A stretch of 64,000 nucleotides of DNA. Source: a virus. Of this stretch, positions 27,001 to 36,438 are shown in pieces. The notes beneath the pieces were generated by a model. That model ran no database searches, was not told the origin of the DNA, and saw only the letters and a program-made list of their open reading frames with translations. The DNA lies in the IMG/VR virus record IMGVR_UViG_3300010413_000015, positions 1 to 64,000 of that record; one strand, written 5' to 3'. How positions within the stretch are numbered: the stretch's first letter is position 1; each line of letters starts with the position of its first letter. A program made the position numbers and the translations under genes.

Positions 27001-30000
27001 GGCTCTGTGGCCAGACCGAGAAGCTCCCGGTAGACATTTCCGGGGGCAGCCTGTTCATAGGCCTGCCCAAGGAGAAGCCCCCCGGTCACAACGCCACCTG
27101 CCAGGGCGGCGATTGGGCCCATTCTAGAGCCTATTCCCATCATACCTCGCCCTAGAAGGCTTTCTCCCCCTAGCGTCTTTCCGAATCTGCCGAGCACTGA
27201 CGCGGCAATGCCGGCTTTCGCACCAAACTCGAGTCCCTTGAGAATAGGTCCACCAACTGCACCCAGTCTTTCACCGGCCCCATATGCGCCAGAGGGACCA
27301 CCTAGCGTTGCCAGTATCTCACTGATACCAGCTTGCCCTCGAAGTGTGCCCATACCGAAGCCCTGGGCGAAGGCCTGCTGGCCAGCCTGGGCCTGCATAA
27401 TCCTGCCCATGGGACTATCCATAATGGACTGTGCAGTACCCCCCATCTGTGTAGCAAACCCTATCTGGGCACCAGCAAGCCCCCGTGCCTGTTCCATAGC
27501 ACGGTTCACTGGTCCCCCAAAGATTCGCTCGGCCGCTGTCCAGCGGAAGTATGCACCGCCAAAGGAGAACTCCTGCAGGAGCTGGTCGAGGCCCTGGCCA
27601 AGTGTGCCACGCATGCCCTGTGGTCTCTTGGGAGCCGGCCTGCCCCTTTGTCCACCGGTAGCCTCATAAAGGTCGTACTGGAACTGCAGGGCGTCTCGTG
27701 TTTCCACAGCGCCGATAGTCTCTGTGAGGGCTGGCTCGTTCTCGATCTTCTCCAGTTTCCTGCCAAGACGTTGCATGTTTTGGGTTACTGTCGCAACCAC
27801 ATCTTGGGGGACACCTGCTGCAGTCAGACCCTGTGGACCAACTTTTGCCCATTGCTCCCTAATGTCCTGGGCCTGGCGGAAGGTCTTGGTGAAGGACTGT
27901 GCATCTTTCAGCATCTCCTTCTCGGCCCGAGTCAGGTCTCTCTGTACGGCAATGGTCTCCCTAAGCTCTGGGGTCCACTGCTTCAGATGGTCTGCCACCT
28001 CATCCAGGGTCTTCCTCATCGACCCTGACATCCACAATCCCAACTCCCAGGGCTTCCCGCTTCCGGCTGTCTGCCGGGGGTTCAGGTCACGTTGCTGTTG
28101 CCCCTGAGAGGGCGGTACAATTGGTGCGCCGGGGTCTACACCCGGAGGCACCCAGTTAGGGTCAAAGTTGGGGCCGGGCATCCCCGCCAGGGGGTCTGCC
28201 GGGTCAACTGGTGGCCTGTTGGGAGGCGGGGGAGCACCGGGAGGCGCAGCCACTGTAGGCCTGGCGGCTGCCGGCCGTCGGCCTGCCTGTTGGAGATGTC
28301 TCCTAAGCTGGCCAGGTCGCGTAACTGGGGACTGAGCCATTGCAGGTGCTGCAGTCGCAACCGGAGGCGTAGGCTGTGTGGCTGCTGGTTGAGTCACCTC
28401 AGTTGGTGGTGTAAGATTGGGTTCCGGCCCCATCTCTGGTGGCGCCACAGGGACCCTAGGTGCTCGCTCTGGGTGTGGGCTCTCTGCAACTGGAGGTTCT
28501 GCACCAGGTGTGGCTAGCCAATCTGCCATCCCAGACGCTTCCAGGGCCACTGCTTGTTCCTCAATACTGACCCCTTGTCCGGCCCCCTTCTTCAAAGCAG
28601 TAAGCCTGTCTTGCATCTCTGACTTAAACCTGAGAAGAGTGTCGGCCAAGTCCCGGCCCACGCTCCTGGCCCCAAACTCTCCGTACAGGTTGGCACCGTG
28701 CTTCTCTGCATACCGACTAACGGCTCCTGCCCACTGCCCACCGATTGCCTGTCCAGAGGCGGCCTCCCTTACCCAGTCCTCATGTGTCTGACCAGCCTTC
28801 ATCATTCGGGGAAGAATCTTGTATCGCTGCTCGGGTGCGGAGAATCGCTTGAACATCATCGCAAACTGCTGGGCCTGCTTCTGGTTAGGCCCGGAGAACA
28901 TTGCACCCGCTTCTTCGGGAGACACAACTCCCTGCTGTACAAGCTCGGCAAAAGCGCCGACACTCTCCTTGCGAAGTCCTGCAAGGTTTCGCAAGGTTCC
29001 GGTGCCTACTTTCTCCCATTCCCCGGTGCTGCGCATAAATGCCTTGCCCCAGGTAGTGGTATTCATGAGCGCATGAACACTCATGACGTCCTGGGGGGGG
29101 ATGGCGGGTCTCTGAGTATACCCATAGCTGCGGTTCCAGATAGACTGTACGGCAGACCTGGCTGTTTGGCCTACCTTCCCAGGAATCTGGAGTGCCCTAC
29201 TCATAAGCCTTCGCATGTCCTGGAATCCAGGACCTATTGCATTGTAGAGCTCCCGGTTTTCCTGAACAAGTTCCTCGACCTTGCCCTCATCCATGGTATG
29301 GTAGTCAAGGGCCTTTCTCCTGACAATCTCCATGGCCGCTTGTAGGTCTTGGTCTCCGGGAACCATCTCAGCAGGGAGGCTTCCAGCGCCCTCAGACTGC
29401 ACACGCTTGCGCCCAATCTCACGTACTCGTTCTGGAGAAAGCTCTACACCAGCGGCGTCGTAGAACTTGCTACCTTGCACCTGAGCCCCACCAGTCATCA
29501 GGGCATAGGCAATGTCTGCGTCAAAGTCGCCGCCAGCCATACCCTGTAGGTACTCTGACACTACCATCCGGTTGGGGTCATAACCTAGGCCCTCGATAAG
29601 CTCTCGGGACACAGTAATGCCCTGAGCTGCACGGTCAAAGCTGGACTCTCCCTGAGTGGGGAAGCGAATCATGAAACCTGCTTGCCCGGCCTCACGGTCT
29701 GGCAGGTACATCTCATTGATGCCCAGTGCCTTAGAGCCAAGCACCTTGTACCCCTCCAGGTACCTCCTGCCAGGTGTTACTCCCTGGGCCCGTCGGAGGC
29801 CCTGCTCGGACTCAGAAATCTTGCGTTGCTCCTCCATGACGGTCCTGCGATACTCGACAAACGGCGCCTTCTCCTGATTCAGAAGGGACCGGACCATGCC
29901 AAACTGCCCTCTAAGGTAGCGAGAGACCTCTGTTTGTTCGAGGGCACCTTCTGCTGAGAAGTACTTGCCGGAGCGGAAGGGGGCAGTAAAGAAGCCCTTG

Positions 30001-32099
30001 CCCCATTCGACAAAGTGCTTCCCGTACTTACTGCCCTTTGCCCCCATGATATCGAAGAACTTCCTGGCCACCAGCTCCTGGTCCATACCCTTCTTTGGGT
30101 CCGCTCCCGGAATGACCCTTAGGGATTCAGTAAGCCCCCTCATCCGTTGCACCCCGATGCCGGGTACGTTTGCAAGGTCTCTGATACTCTGGAAGGGCCC
30201 GTGTTGCTCCCGATAGTCAATGATAGACTGTGCCGTTTTTGGGCCAATACCTGCTGCTCTCTGTAGCGCCTTGATATCGGCACGGTTGATGTCCCCAGCC
30301 TCAACCTCGTACTCAGCCTGACCGACAGCCTCCATGAGCGCAGCCTGAAACTCGGGGTCGCTGGCACTGACAACGGGTGCCTGCAGCTCGCGCCGGGAAG
30401 GGCCAGATGCGAGAGTCGCGTTGATGACATCACGATAGGCGCTGCGGGTGCGAGCGCTAGCGCGTTCAAGCCTCCGGGCATACCTTGGATTCGTCGCTCT
30501 AAGGTTCTCCAGGTCCTCGTAGCCCAGGGTCCCAGCCTTTACGTCATACTCCTTCATGAGCTGGGTAAAGTAGTCGCCTACGAGAGCCTGCCGTCTCATA
30601 TTTAGCACGTAACGCCTGGGGTCTGCCTCTCCCGTGACCGGGTTTGTCCAGACCTGCTTCGGTCCCATGGCCGCGCCCATGATGTTGGGCCCGTACTCTG
30701 GGTCCCTGAGATAGTCTTCGTGGTAGACCTCGGGGATGACAATGTCCTGAACCAGGCCAGGAACATTTCTGGCCAGGCGCTGTAGGGGTCGGTCCCCAAG
30801 TTCCGCATAGTTCCTGGGCATGCTCAGGAGGGTGCTGTACCCAAGTTCCCTGGCAATCTGGTTCTTCCTCCGCAGGCCAGCTTGAGACCACTCTGCCTGC
30901 AACATTGAGTAGGTGGCCCCCTGCACGTCCTTCAGGGCAGAGACAAAGTCCAGGTTCATTGGCTGGCCTTGGACATCGGTGATGTTGCTGAGGTCCCTCG
31001 TGCCCATCAGCACCTTCTGGTAGGCCTGTTTTCCGGCGAAGGCTACTTCACTGGCAGGGGCAAACCGTTCCAGAACAAACTTCAGCTCTTCTTCTGTGGC
31101 CTCGCCTTCCTGGTTGGTGGCAGAGGTCCTCCGGGCCACATCCATGACACGGTAGCCCCATTCCCTATCACGAAAACCTGCAAGGCCCTCAGCAAGTTGC
31201 ACATGCTCACCCCGACCCCAGGAAGTGCCTACGGGTACAGGCTGTAGGCCCATGCCCCGCACTGTTCTTACTGTACGCTCTGTAACATTCCCAACACGGG
31301 GGTCCATCAGGCCCATGCCGGCAGGGGCGTGCTCACCACCGATAATGAGGGCGCCCCTTAGGTTCTGGCCCCGCTCCATGCCGTACTGCTCCCCTCCAGC
31401 AGCCAGGCCTGAGGTGACAACTGGCTTGCCACTGAGGAACACTTGCTGGTGGGCACCCAGCATTTGGATGCGCTTCATGAGCTTGCTCGGCTCGAAGGTA
31501 GAGATGAACCTGCCGGCGGCTCGCCCCAGCCAGCTTGACTCTAGGGTGCGCGTTGGGTAACTGAAGGCACCATCCTTGCGATAGATGTGTCCCTCTGGAA
31601 CAATGGGCTGTCCATACTCATCACGTTGTACGGGTACACCCTGAAGTCTGCGCTGCCTGAGCTGGCCAGGGTAGTGTGTCCATTGGGACTCAGACACAGG
31701 AGCATAGGAAATGCGCCGAATCTCCTGCTCGGTCTTGCCTTGCTTTCGGGCCTCTACCCTGGCCAGGTTCTCAAGTTCGGCCAGTCTTTCCTTGTACTGT
31801 GTGTAGTCTGGGGCGACAAAGCGCTCGAGCTCGAGGATTGCCTGTCTTACCCCACCAACTGTAGGTGAGCGAAGGGTAGGAACATACTTGCGAATAGCCT
31901 CCCGTGAGTAGCCATAGTTCATTGCTTGCCACAGGAAGTCTTCGTAGGAAGCAGGGTCACTTTCCCTTGTTCCCTTTGGGCCCTCTCGTCCAGGCCAGTA
32001 GGTCATTGCGTAGGGAGCTTCATCGTCATCCCACCAGTAGTCATCACTGCCGGGGTCCTCTCTGGGTACCCATGGCCCGAACTGTTCCCTATTTGGCAT
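24030..32099 (-). CDS. tape measure protein with N-terminal two-barrel RNA polymerase domain and HhH insert
   Basis: Follows frameshifted chaperone; C-terminal coiled coil and AGGG.V.....YLVGEVGPEIFVP TMP motif; N-terminal RFP (aa ~812) and GGDFDAD (D ~858); ComEA-like HhH at aa ~603-660. Confidence 0.82.
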   Translation of the reverse strand: MPNREQFGPWVPREDPGSDDYWWDDDEAPYAMTYWPGREGPKGTRESDPASYEDFLWQAMNYGYSREAIRKYVPTLRSPTVGGVRQAILELERFVAPDYTQYKERLAELENLARVEARKQGKTEQEIRRISYAPVSESQWTHYPGQLRQRRLQGVPVQRDEYGQPIVPEGHIYRKDGAFSYPTRTLESSWLGRAAGRFISTFEPSKLMKRIQMLGAHQQVFLSGKPVVTSGLAAGGEQYGMERGQNLRGALIIGGEHAPAGMGLMDPRVGNVTERTVRTVRGMGLQPVPVGTSWGRGEHVQLAEGLAGFRDREWGYRVMDVARRTSATNQEGEATEEELKFVLERFAPASEVAFAGKQAYQKVLMGTRDLSNITDVQGQPMNLDFVSALKDVQGATYSMLQAEWSQAGLRRKNQIARELGYSTLLSMPRNYAELGDRPLQRLARNVPGLVQDIVIPEVYHEDYLRDPEYGPNIMGAAMGPKQVWTNPVTGEADPRRYVLNMRRQALVGDYFTQLMKEYDVKAGTLGYEDLENLRATNPRYARRLERASARTRSAYRDVINATLASGPSRRELQAPVVSASDPEFQAALMEAVGQAEYEVEAGDINRADIKALQRAAGIGPKTAQSIIDYREQHGPFQSIRDLANVPGIGVQRMRGLTESLRVIPGADPKKGMDQELVARKFFDIMGAKGSKYGKHFVEWGKGFFTAPFRSGKYFSAEGALEQTEVSRYLRGQFGMVRSLLNQEKAPFVEYRRTVMEEQRKISESEQGLRRAQGVTPGRRYLEGYKVLGSKALGINEMYLPDREAGQAGFMIRFPTQGESSFDRAAQGITVSRELIEGLGYDPNRMVVSEYLQGMAGGDFDADIAYALMTGGAQVQGSKFYDAAGVELSPERVREIGRKRVQSEGAGSLPAEMVPGDQDLQAAMEIVRRKALDYHTMDEGKVEELVQENRELYNAIGPGFQDMRRLMSRALQIPGKVGQTARSAVQSIWNRSYGYTQRPAIPPQDVMSVHALMNTTTWGKAFMRSTGEWEKVGTGTLRNLAGLRKESVGAFAELVQQGVVSPEEAGAMFSGPNQKQAQQFAMMFKRFSAPEQRYKILPRMMKAGQTHEDWVREAASGQAIGGQWAGAVSRYAEKHGANLYGEFGARSVGRDLADTLLRFKSEMQDRLTALKKGAGQGVSIEEQAVALEASGMADWLATPGAEPPVAESPHPERAPRVPVAPPEMGPEPNLTPPTEVTQPAATQPTPPVATAAPAMAQSPVTRPGQLRRHLQQAGRRPAAARPTVAAPPGAPPPPNRPPVDPADPLAGMPGPNFDPNWVPPGVDPGAPIVPPSQGQQQRDLNPRQTAGSGKPWELGLWMSGSMRKTLDEVADHLKQWTPELRETIAVQRDLTRAEKEMLKDAQSFTKTFRQAQDIREQWAKVGPQGLTAAGVPQDVVATVTQNMQRLGRKLEKIENEPALTETIGAVETRDALQFQYDLYEATGGQRGRPAPKRPQGMRGTLGQGLDQLLQEFSFGGAYFRWTAAERIFGGPVNRAMEQARGLAGAQIGFATQMGGTAQSIMDSPMGRIMQAQAGQQAFAQGFGMGTLRGQAGISEILATLGGPSGAYGAGERLGAVGGPILKGLEFGAKAGIAASVLGRFGKTLGGESLLGRGMMGIGSRMGPIAALAGGVVTGGLLLGQAYEQAAPGNVYRELLGLATEPETQRGAFSWLKGMAGGGSPTKGDLSLGTGVGMGLRSILDKDYAGQLREGVAQYVKSGQIEIDRASLHIENLDIPGLDPAKKYETFSYLAELGYGPKAVYEGRVDELAKQLGPAAISGQLPGMASTLKQVSQYLGIGTGAGMWALSPYIPTTAAGQQNFLMASGVAGQLQQIGVGVSGQMLQQYMGQLAGGVTTTQLAALQEARYGMQPIVSAMGYTPGSAVAQRIGQTLGPQTAAVGGATAQIASQYRTFADMRGLGPEAAARYYQGLQQELEGQMVELPDGRVIYTPPGVTPEQMLRREQAAIGVGAAQEYGFAAGSPEAIGFMANAPWQSAQGMAQYEAAAGLGGQIYQYLGGNARALQGRVQAMAARGVSPAARQVWAQSVMGQGAVARGFGMAGAVAGQFEQGLQAALASGQMTPFEYAQFGEMANFASSALGYSAAQGVFGAEAQGAVGGFRSAMGMPLVEGAMPLHEIGPGGGIYGIGQLASRALSWNQLRQSQAYRMGTGQWATSSYGGRTYQMGMIGQIQRAELKLEQSRELYGMQAAAAAMAAQQQRAGIERAMESARLQYRQGQERLNLGFQQGTESLEQGYAQQQASFALGQRMWGVNTEFQRRQFGVQWQQMMQGQRWGREDMAFNRQQAGVQYTRGMEDINRAIRFASGREKQELLRQRGRMEEDYGVSEKRRGVEEGRQEKLWAQQAQAFKDQESHYEDIKRLETEQFEMQKEHMTQNYELQKRHMQENFDLSKKHMDESFALQMKHLQEQMGEAEAMAAMQQAIAAKQQEIAEDDMMYRLAQMTQEQKYFEEVVFPGQIEHQRLQDLTQDAYAAFLRQQLSDFSKDGDLWGKWDTLIGHFESSVKRDSSLDKAWQNLLDRIENRLNRMFQSQGDGGGSGNSLAGGGDVTAGSSYLVGEVGPEIFVPDQNGTIVPNMALRRLTASGFSVGNMNVSISVEGGRQDERQLAAEIWRKFEAELNKTASRQRMRGGLWQ
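24166..24178. repeat. dispersed palindrome copy 5
   Basis: TTTCCGACGGAAA inside the TMP 3' end (FSVGN). Confidence 0.95.
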
Positions 32100-32409
32100 C
32101 TTGCTCTCCAGTTAGAGTGTCAAGCTTTCGCTGGTTCTCATCTAGGATGGCATCGTACAGCCTGCCAGCCAAGTCTACCATGTCCCAGGCCCACTCGGGC
32201 TGGTCCAGCAGCCCACCCGCCACCAAGAGGTGACCTTCCCAACGCTGAAGCTCAAACCATAGTGCCAGCCACTGTGGGGGGGAAGGGGCAACCGGGCGCT
32301 TCTGCAACCCGCCAAACCGCCTCCACGTGACCAGGTCTGCTGCGTACTCCTTGCTCTGTTCAACATAGGAGCGCACCTCTTGTTCAAGCTTCAGCTTTAA
32401 TCTTCCCCC
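32089..32409 (-). CDS. tail assembly chaperone, -1 frameshift extension (gpT-like)
   Basis: Open -1 frame (GGRLKLKLEQ...AGGLLDQPEW) begins at slippery GGGGGAA (32403-32409) and ends overlapping the TMP start. Confidence 0.75.
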   Translation of the reverse strand, partial: GGRLKLKLEQEVRSYVEQSKEYAADLVTWRRFGGLQKRPVAPSPPQWLALWFELQRWEGHLLVAGGLLDQPEWAWDMVDLAGRLYDAILDENQRKLDTLTGEQDAK

Positions 32410-32858
32410 TCGGCGGGGTTCCTCCAGTCGAAAGGCGGATGCCACGCAATGAGCTTCTCGACAATCTCCTCTGCCAGCTCTTCCGGAAAGTCTGGACGGT
32501 ACCAGACCCCATAGAAGCCGGTGCGAACCCTGTCGTTGAAGGGCCCATTTAACTTGCGGCACGTCTTGCCCGGAACGAACACTGGGGTCTCGTTGTCGGG
32601 CTCTGTGATGTTGCACTCGATGAGGGTCATGGCCACCATTTCTGACTCCAACACAGTAAGAGGAACACGTTCCCTCTGTGTCACACGGCCCCGTTCCTCA
32701 GTGCTCCACACCAATTCACTACGGGCCTGCATAGTAGCCAGATTCTCTCCCTCAAGCCGAGAGGGCCGTTGAAACTTGACGTAGGTGCCCCCCGTTTCAT
32801 CCCACCTGGTAAGCGGGATGGCCTCACTTGTAACTACTCCCTCCAATGGCCTTGCCAT
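32397..32858 (-). CDS. tail assembly chaperone (gpG-like)
   Basis: Between tail tube and TMP; GGAGG RBS before ATG 32858; ends GAG GGG GAA GAT TAA. Confidence 0.75.
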   Translation of the reverse strand: MARPLEGVVTSEAIPLTRWDETGGTYVKFQRPSRLEGENLATMQARSELVWSTEERGRVTQRERVPLTVLESEMVAMTLIECNITEPDNETPVFVPGKTCRKLNGPFNDRVRTGFYGVWYRPDFPEELAEEIVEKLIAWHPPFDWRNPAEGED

Positions 32859-32953
32859 TTCTGCTACCTCCCATGTGCGTCTGATTGATTCCCACAGGGG
32901 GGCTTCGTCAAGGACAGTGCCAGGCCTCTGCCCCCCTGTGTGGCTGATAGTTT

Positions 32954-32966
32954 TTTCCGACGGAAA
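32954..32966. repeat. dispersed palindrome copy 6
   Basis: TTTCCGACGGAAA just after the tail tube stop; an 11-bp stem hairpin lies next to it (32893-32940). Confidence 0.95.
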
Positions 32967-32971
32967 CCGGA

Positions 32972-34003
32972 CTACGTTGGCCAATCGTACCCGCTCGTCC
33001 CATTTTGCAGGCGCAGATACCAGTCGGCCCCAGCATCAGCATCCGAGACCGTGCCAGTCATCCGCATCTGGACCAGGCTCGCGCCACGAAGGCCAACGGG
33101 CTCGCAAGTCCAGTCGATGGACCCAGCATAGAACCGGAGCTCATAGGGGGTCGTTCCCGTGACGTTGGTTGCAGACTGCACTGCCACGTCGATACTGGAG
33201 TTGTACACTACCGGACTCCAAGCTGCGGCATTGTAGTGCATGCTTTGGTATAGGTCGGGCTCGTCCCACAGGGCCTGGAACTGCATGGTAATCTGGCGGC
33301 CAAGGACCGGGAAGTCATACGGATAGTAAGACCCACCGACCAGGACCTCCCGCAGGTCTGGCATGATGTTGGTCATATCCAGAACGATGGCGGTTGAGAC
33401 TTCGTTGGGTGTTCCATCTGGAAGCTCGAACACACCCTTGCACGAGATGGGAACTGAGTCCTCATTCTTGGCAGAGAAACTCCACCCTGACCCATCGGGG
33501 TTGGTGGGAACTCGGCCCAAGAAGTCGGCACGTAGGCTGGTAAACTCGCCAGGGGCAAGGTTGAACTGCAGCCTTGCGACCTTGAGGTCTTGGAACTGCT
33601 CGTACAGATGGGTGGTCGTGCCAGGGACCTTCCGGCGGCCAGACAGATACTTCTGCGGAGCTGTCTCATCAAGGCCACCGGACGGGAACACGTGCTGATA
33701 AACGGAAGCGACCGGCACGTCGCTTACGCTAGAAACTGAACCGGCAAAGGCGTACAGCAACCACCCCAGTTGGTCGTCCAGGGGCGGAGGTAGCACCAGG
33801 CCACCCTCAACCCACGCAGCGGTCTTGATTTGACCACCGGGCAGCAACGTCCCACCAACCAGGTTTCCAACACCACGATACATCTGACCTGGTGACAGGT
33901 CAACCACGTTGGCCTTGAACCCATGGAAGGTAGTCGCTGCCGTCCCGCGTGCAGTCTGGGGGCCTAGCCAGAACCGGCCGAGTGAACCGGACTGAAGGCT
34001 CAT
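32972..34003 (-). CDS. major tail tube protein
   Basis: 343 aa; QTARGTAAT, LGWLLYAFAG, YQHVF and terminal LQNGTSGY patterns; position; GGAGG RBS. Confidence 0.75.
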   Translation of the reverse strand: MSLQSGSLGRFWLGPQTARGTAATTFHGFKANVVDLSPGQMYRGVGNLVGGTLLPGGQIKTAAWVEGGLVLPPPLDDQLGWLLYAFAGSVSSVSDVPVASVYQHVFPSGGLDETAPQKYLSGRRKVPGTTTHLYEQFQDLKVARLQFNLAPGEFTSLRADFLGRVPTNPDGSGWSFSAKNEDSVPISCKGVFELPDGTPNEVSTAIVLDMTNIMPDLREVLVGGSYYPYDFPVLGRQITMQFQALWDEPDLYQSMHYNAAAWSPVVYNSSIDVAVQSATNVTGTTPYELRFYAGSIDWTCEPVGLRGASLVQMRMTGTVSDADAGADWYLRLQNGTSGYDWPT

Positions 34004-35190
34004 CTTTTCCTCCTGTTGTGAATTTCCCTGTAAGCGTTCCACCAGAGGGACCAGGTCTGGTCTATGGACCGATTGGTCCTTACCCAACTCTGTCCCTTCC
34101 TTAGCAAGCGCTCACGATAGGGCTTGTCTGTGACCAGTTTGGCGATTGCGTCGCACCACGCGCCCACCTCGTAGTGGGGGACGGTCAGCCCCCGCTTGTT
34201 CTTCCCTGTAACCCGGTTGTAGTAGAAGATATCTGAAGTGACAGGCACTCCACCTGCCGCAAGGCCCTCAATGGCCTTGATGGCAGACTTTCCCAGGTTG
34301 AAGTTGTCATCTGGTCGAACCGGGCAAAGGATGATGTCACCTTGCGCTACAACCTCAGCGTACTGATGGTAAGGTACTGGCTCGTTGTAGTGAACCCTGT
34401 CTGGGAACTGGTCCCTGAGAGGGCTCAGATACTCGGGTTCGTAGGCCCCAATGAGAAGGTGTACTTCCTTATGGTTCTGGAGCACCTTTGGCAGTACACT
34501 TTCCATGATTCTCCAGTCCGTCTCATGAGTTGGGCTTCCCGTTAGGGCCACGACTACCGCATCCTGTGGCCAGATGTCCCACCGACTGTGCCCTTGCCAC
34601 TCGTCCCAATTGACTACATTGGGCAGGATGTACACAGGCACGCCAGGAGCAAACTTCTGGTACAGGCTCCGTAGATATTCAGTGGTCACTGTAACCGCGC
34701 TTACCTTGGCCATCAGCTTGTGAAGAAGGTCGTATTGGTCGTACTTCAGGTCTCTAGAGTTGCTGAAGTAGTCATCGTCATACTCGAGTACAACAGATTG
34801 CTTGGTTCTAAGGATATCCACCAGGTCGATCAGGTGAGACTCCCTGGCCAGTTTGATTCCCAGGGACTGTTCCACCTGGTCAAGCATAGGCTCCAGCTCT
34901 TCCAGGGAAGGTGTCTGGTCTCCTGTTTCGTTCTCGGTTGCGCCATAGGGAATAGGCCGGTGTCTTGGCAGCAGCAACATGTCGTACCTTGTTGGCTTGG
35001 CTCGCACGTTGGGGTCTACCGCCGCTTCCCTGGCCTTGTCTATGGGCATCCAATCCAGAAAGGTGCCCGGCACCCTCCTCCGGATCTCCTCGAAGGGAAT
35101 CCGGAAGCGGTAGTGCTCGCAGCCACCCATGCGCATGTCTGTGCGCAGGTGCATAGCTAGAACTGTTGGATGTTCTACGTTACCAGGCAT
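34000..35190 (-). CDS. glycosyltransferase (GT-B/GT4-like)
   Basis: GCEHYR...P, EYDDD, VTVTT..L, ILPN, GSPTH, FNLGKSAIKAIE motifs. Confidence 0.85.
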   Translation of the reverse strand: MPGNVEHPTVLAMHLRTDMRMGGCEHYRFRIPFEEIRRRVPGTFLDWMPIDKAREAAVDPNVRAKPTRYDMLLLPRHRPIPYGATENETGDQTPSLEELEPMLDQVEQSLGIKLARESHLIDLVDILRTKQSVVLEYDDDYFSNSRDLKYDQYDLLHKLMAKVSAVTVTTEYLRSLYQKFAPGVPVYILPNVVNWDEWQGHSRWDIWPQDAVVVALTGSPTHETDWRIMESVLPKVLQNHKEVHLLIGAYEPEYLSPLRDQFPDRVHYNEPVPYHQYAEVVAQGDIILCPVRPDDNFNLGKSAIKAIEGLAAGGVPVTSDIFYYNRVTGKNKRGLTVPHYEVGAWCDAIAKLVTDKPYRERLLRKGQSWVRTNRSIDQTWSLWWNAYREIHNRRKR

Positions 35191-35743
35191 TTGTGCTCCA
35201 GTTGACGAACGTCTTGTAGCGAATCCGGATGAACTTGCGCACGATTAGGGACTCGCTTTCCTCTGCATCCGCCCAGCTATCTCCAAGAACCGGCCCGTAG
35301 ATGACCGTTTCATTGAAGTCGCCTTGCACGGCCCGACCGGTCCCAATGTTGGGACCAGCGGCGTGGAGGACCGAGATAACCCGGCCCTCCACCACCGATG
35401 CAATTCTGCGAACGGCTTCTCGGTCTGCATCGACATTGGTCATGTACCGCCCAAAGACCTCGACCATGATGGTGAAGGAGCGAAGGTACTCTTTCCCTCC
35501 TCCTATCAACTCGCTGCTCGATGGGCCCGGTACATGAGGCCAGTCCTTGGGAACGTCAGGGTCATTCTCGTGAATGGTCACGGTAATGGCCTCGGGCGCA
35601 GCCTGTCTAGGGCCTGCCTTGATGACTTCCACGTAGGCTGGGTCCCCTGTTCCAATCTCAGTATTGAGTTCTGTGGTAAGAAGCTCAACCATAGCTTCCA
35701 GGATGAGCTCGACCACACCCCTCTCATGCAGACCTTCTACCAT
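35180..35743 (-). CDS. tail terminator / head-tail completion protein
   Basis: Size and position between adaptor and tail tube. Confidence 0.5.
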   Translation of the reverse strand: MVEGLHERGVVELILEAMVELLTTELNTEIGTGDPAYVEVIKAGPRQAAPEAITVTIHENDPDVPKDWPHVPGPSSSELIGGGKEYLRSFTIMVEVFGRYMTNVDADREAVRRIASVVEGRVISVLHAAGPNIGTGRAVQGDFNETVIYGPVLGDSWADAEESESLIVRKFIRIRYKTFVNWSTNAW

Positions 35744-35745
35744 GA

Positions 35746-36438
35746 CTACTTCCTCTCCTGCCTGATGAACTCCCAGGTGATAGGGCTCTCCTCGTGCTCA
35801 GATAGAAGGTTGCGGTACAACCGTAGCCACCGCGCAGCTTCTTCCTCAAGAGGATTGCCTACGTTCTGGTCTGTTCTGCGGTTCCACTGCTCAAGCTGTG
35901 CGCGTCTAGAAGCAGGTGGATTGAAGGCAAGGTGGGCAGCGTAGTACAACACTGCCTGCTCCCCCCAGCGATTGCGACCCAGGTTGAACGTATCCTGGTC
36001 CTCGTCCAGCCAGTCTGCGTGGAACGCCGTGTAGTACAAGGTGAACGTGCTGCTCAACGGCTCTCTGGGAAGGTAAAACTGTCCCTCCTGGGGCCAGTCT
36101 ACGATGAATCCCAGAGGCTCGTTATTTGAGGTCCAGGCACCAGGACGTGGGTAGATTCTCTCTACCGTTTCCAGGACTGCCGTGGTCGTGAAGTTCCCTC
36201 GTACCCACACAGGTGCGACCATGTCTTCCGGAAGCAGATAGGTCCTGCTGTCTGCCTGCTGGTCTGTCTCCACGGTATACACCAGGCCCGTTGGCGAGGG
36301 TACATCCGTTGAGAACTTGATGATCGCATGGTTGAGGAACAGGTTCAGCTCCTCGTCGTTCTGCCACAGCTTCTTGTTGCTGTCACTTAGATAGATACGC
36401 AACCTGGTTCGCAAGTCACTGAGAGTTATTGTCGCCAT
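35746..36438 (-). CDS. head-tail adaptor protein
   Basis: TLSDLRTRLR..L.D....W...EL..FLN.A, Y.LP.D, A.LYYAA motifs; follows capsid gene. Confidence 0.75.
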   Translation of the reverse strand: MATITLSDLRTRLRIYLSDSNKKLWQNDEELNLFLNHAIIKFSTDVPSPTGLVYTVETDQQADSRTYLLPEDMVAPVWVRGNFTTTAVLETVERIYPRPGAWTSNNEPLGFIVDWPQEGQFYLPREPLSSTFTLYYTAFHADWLDEDQDTFNLGRNRWGEQAVLYYAAHLAFNPPASRRAQLEQWNRRTDQNVGNPLEEEAARWLRLYRNLLSEHEESPITWEFIRQERK

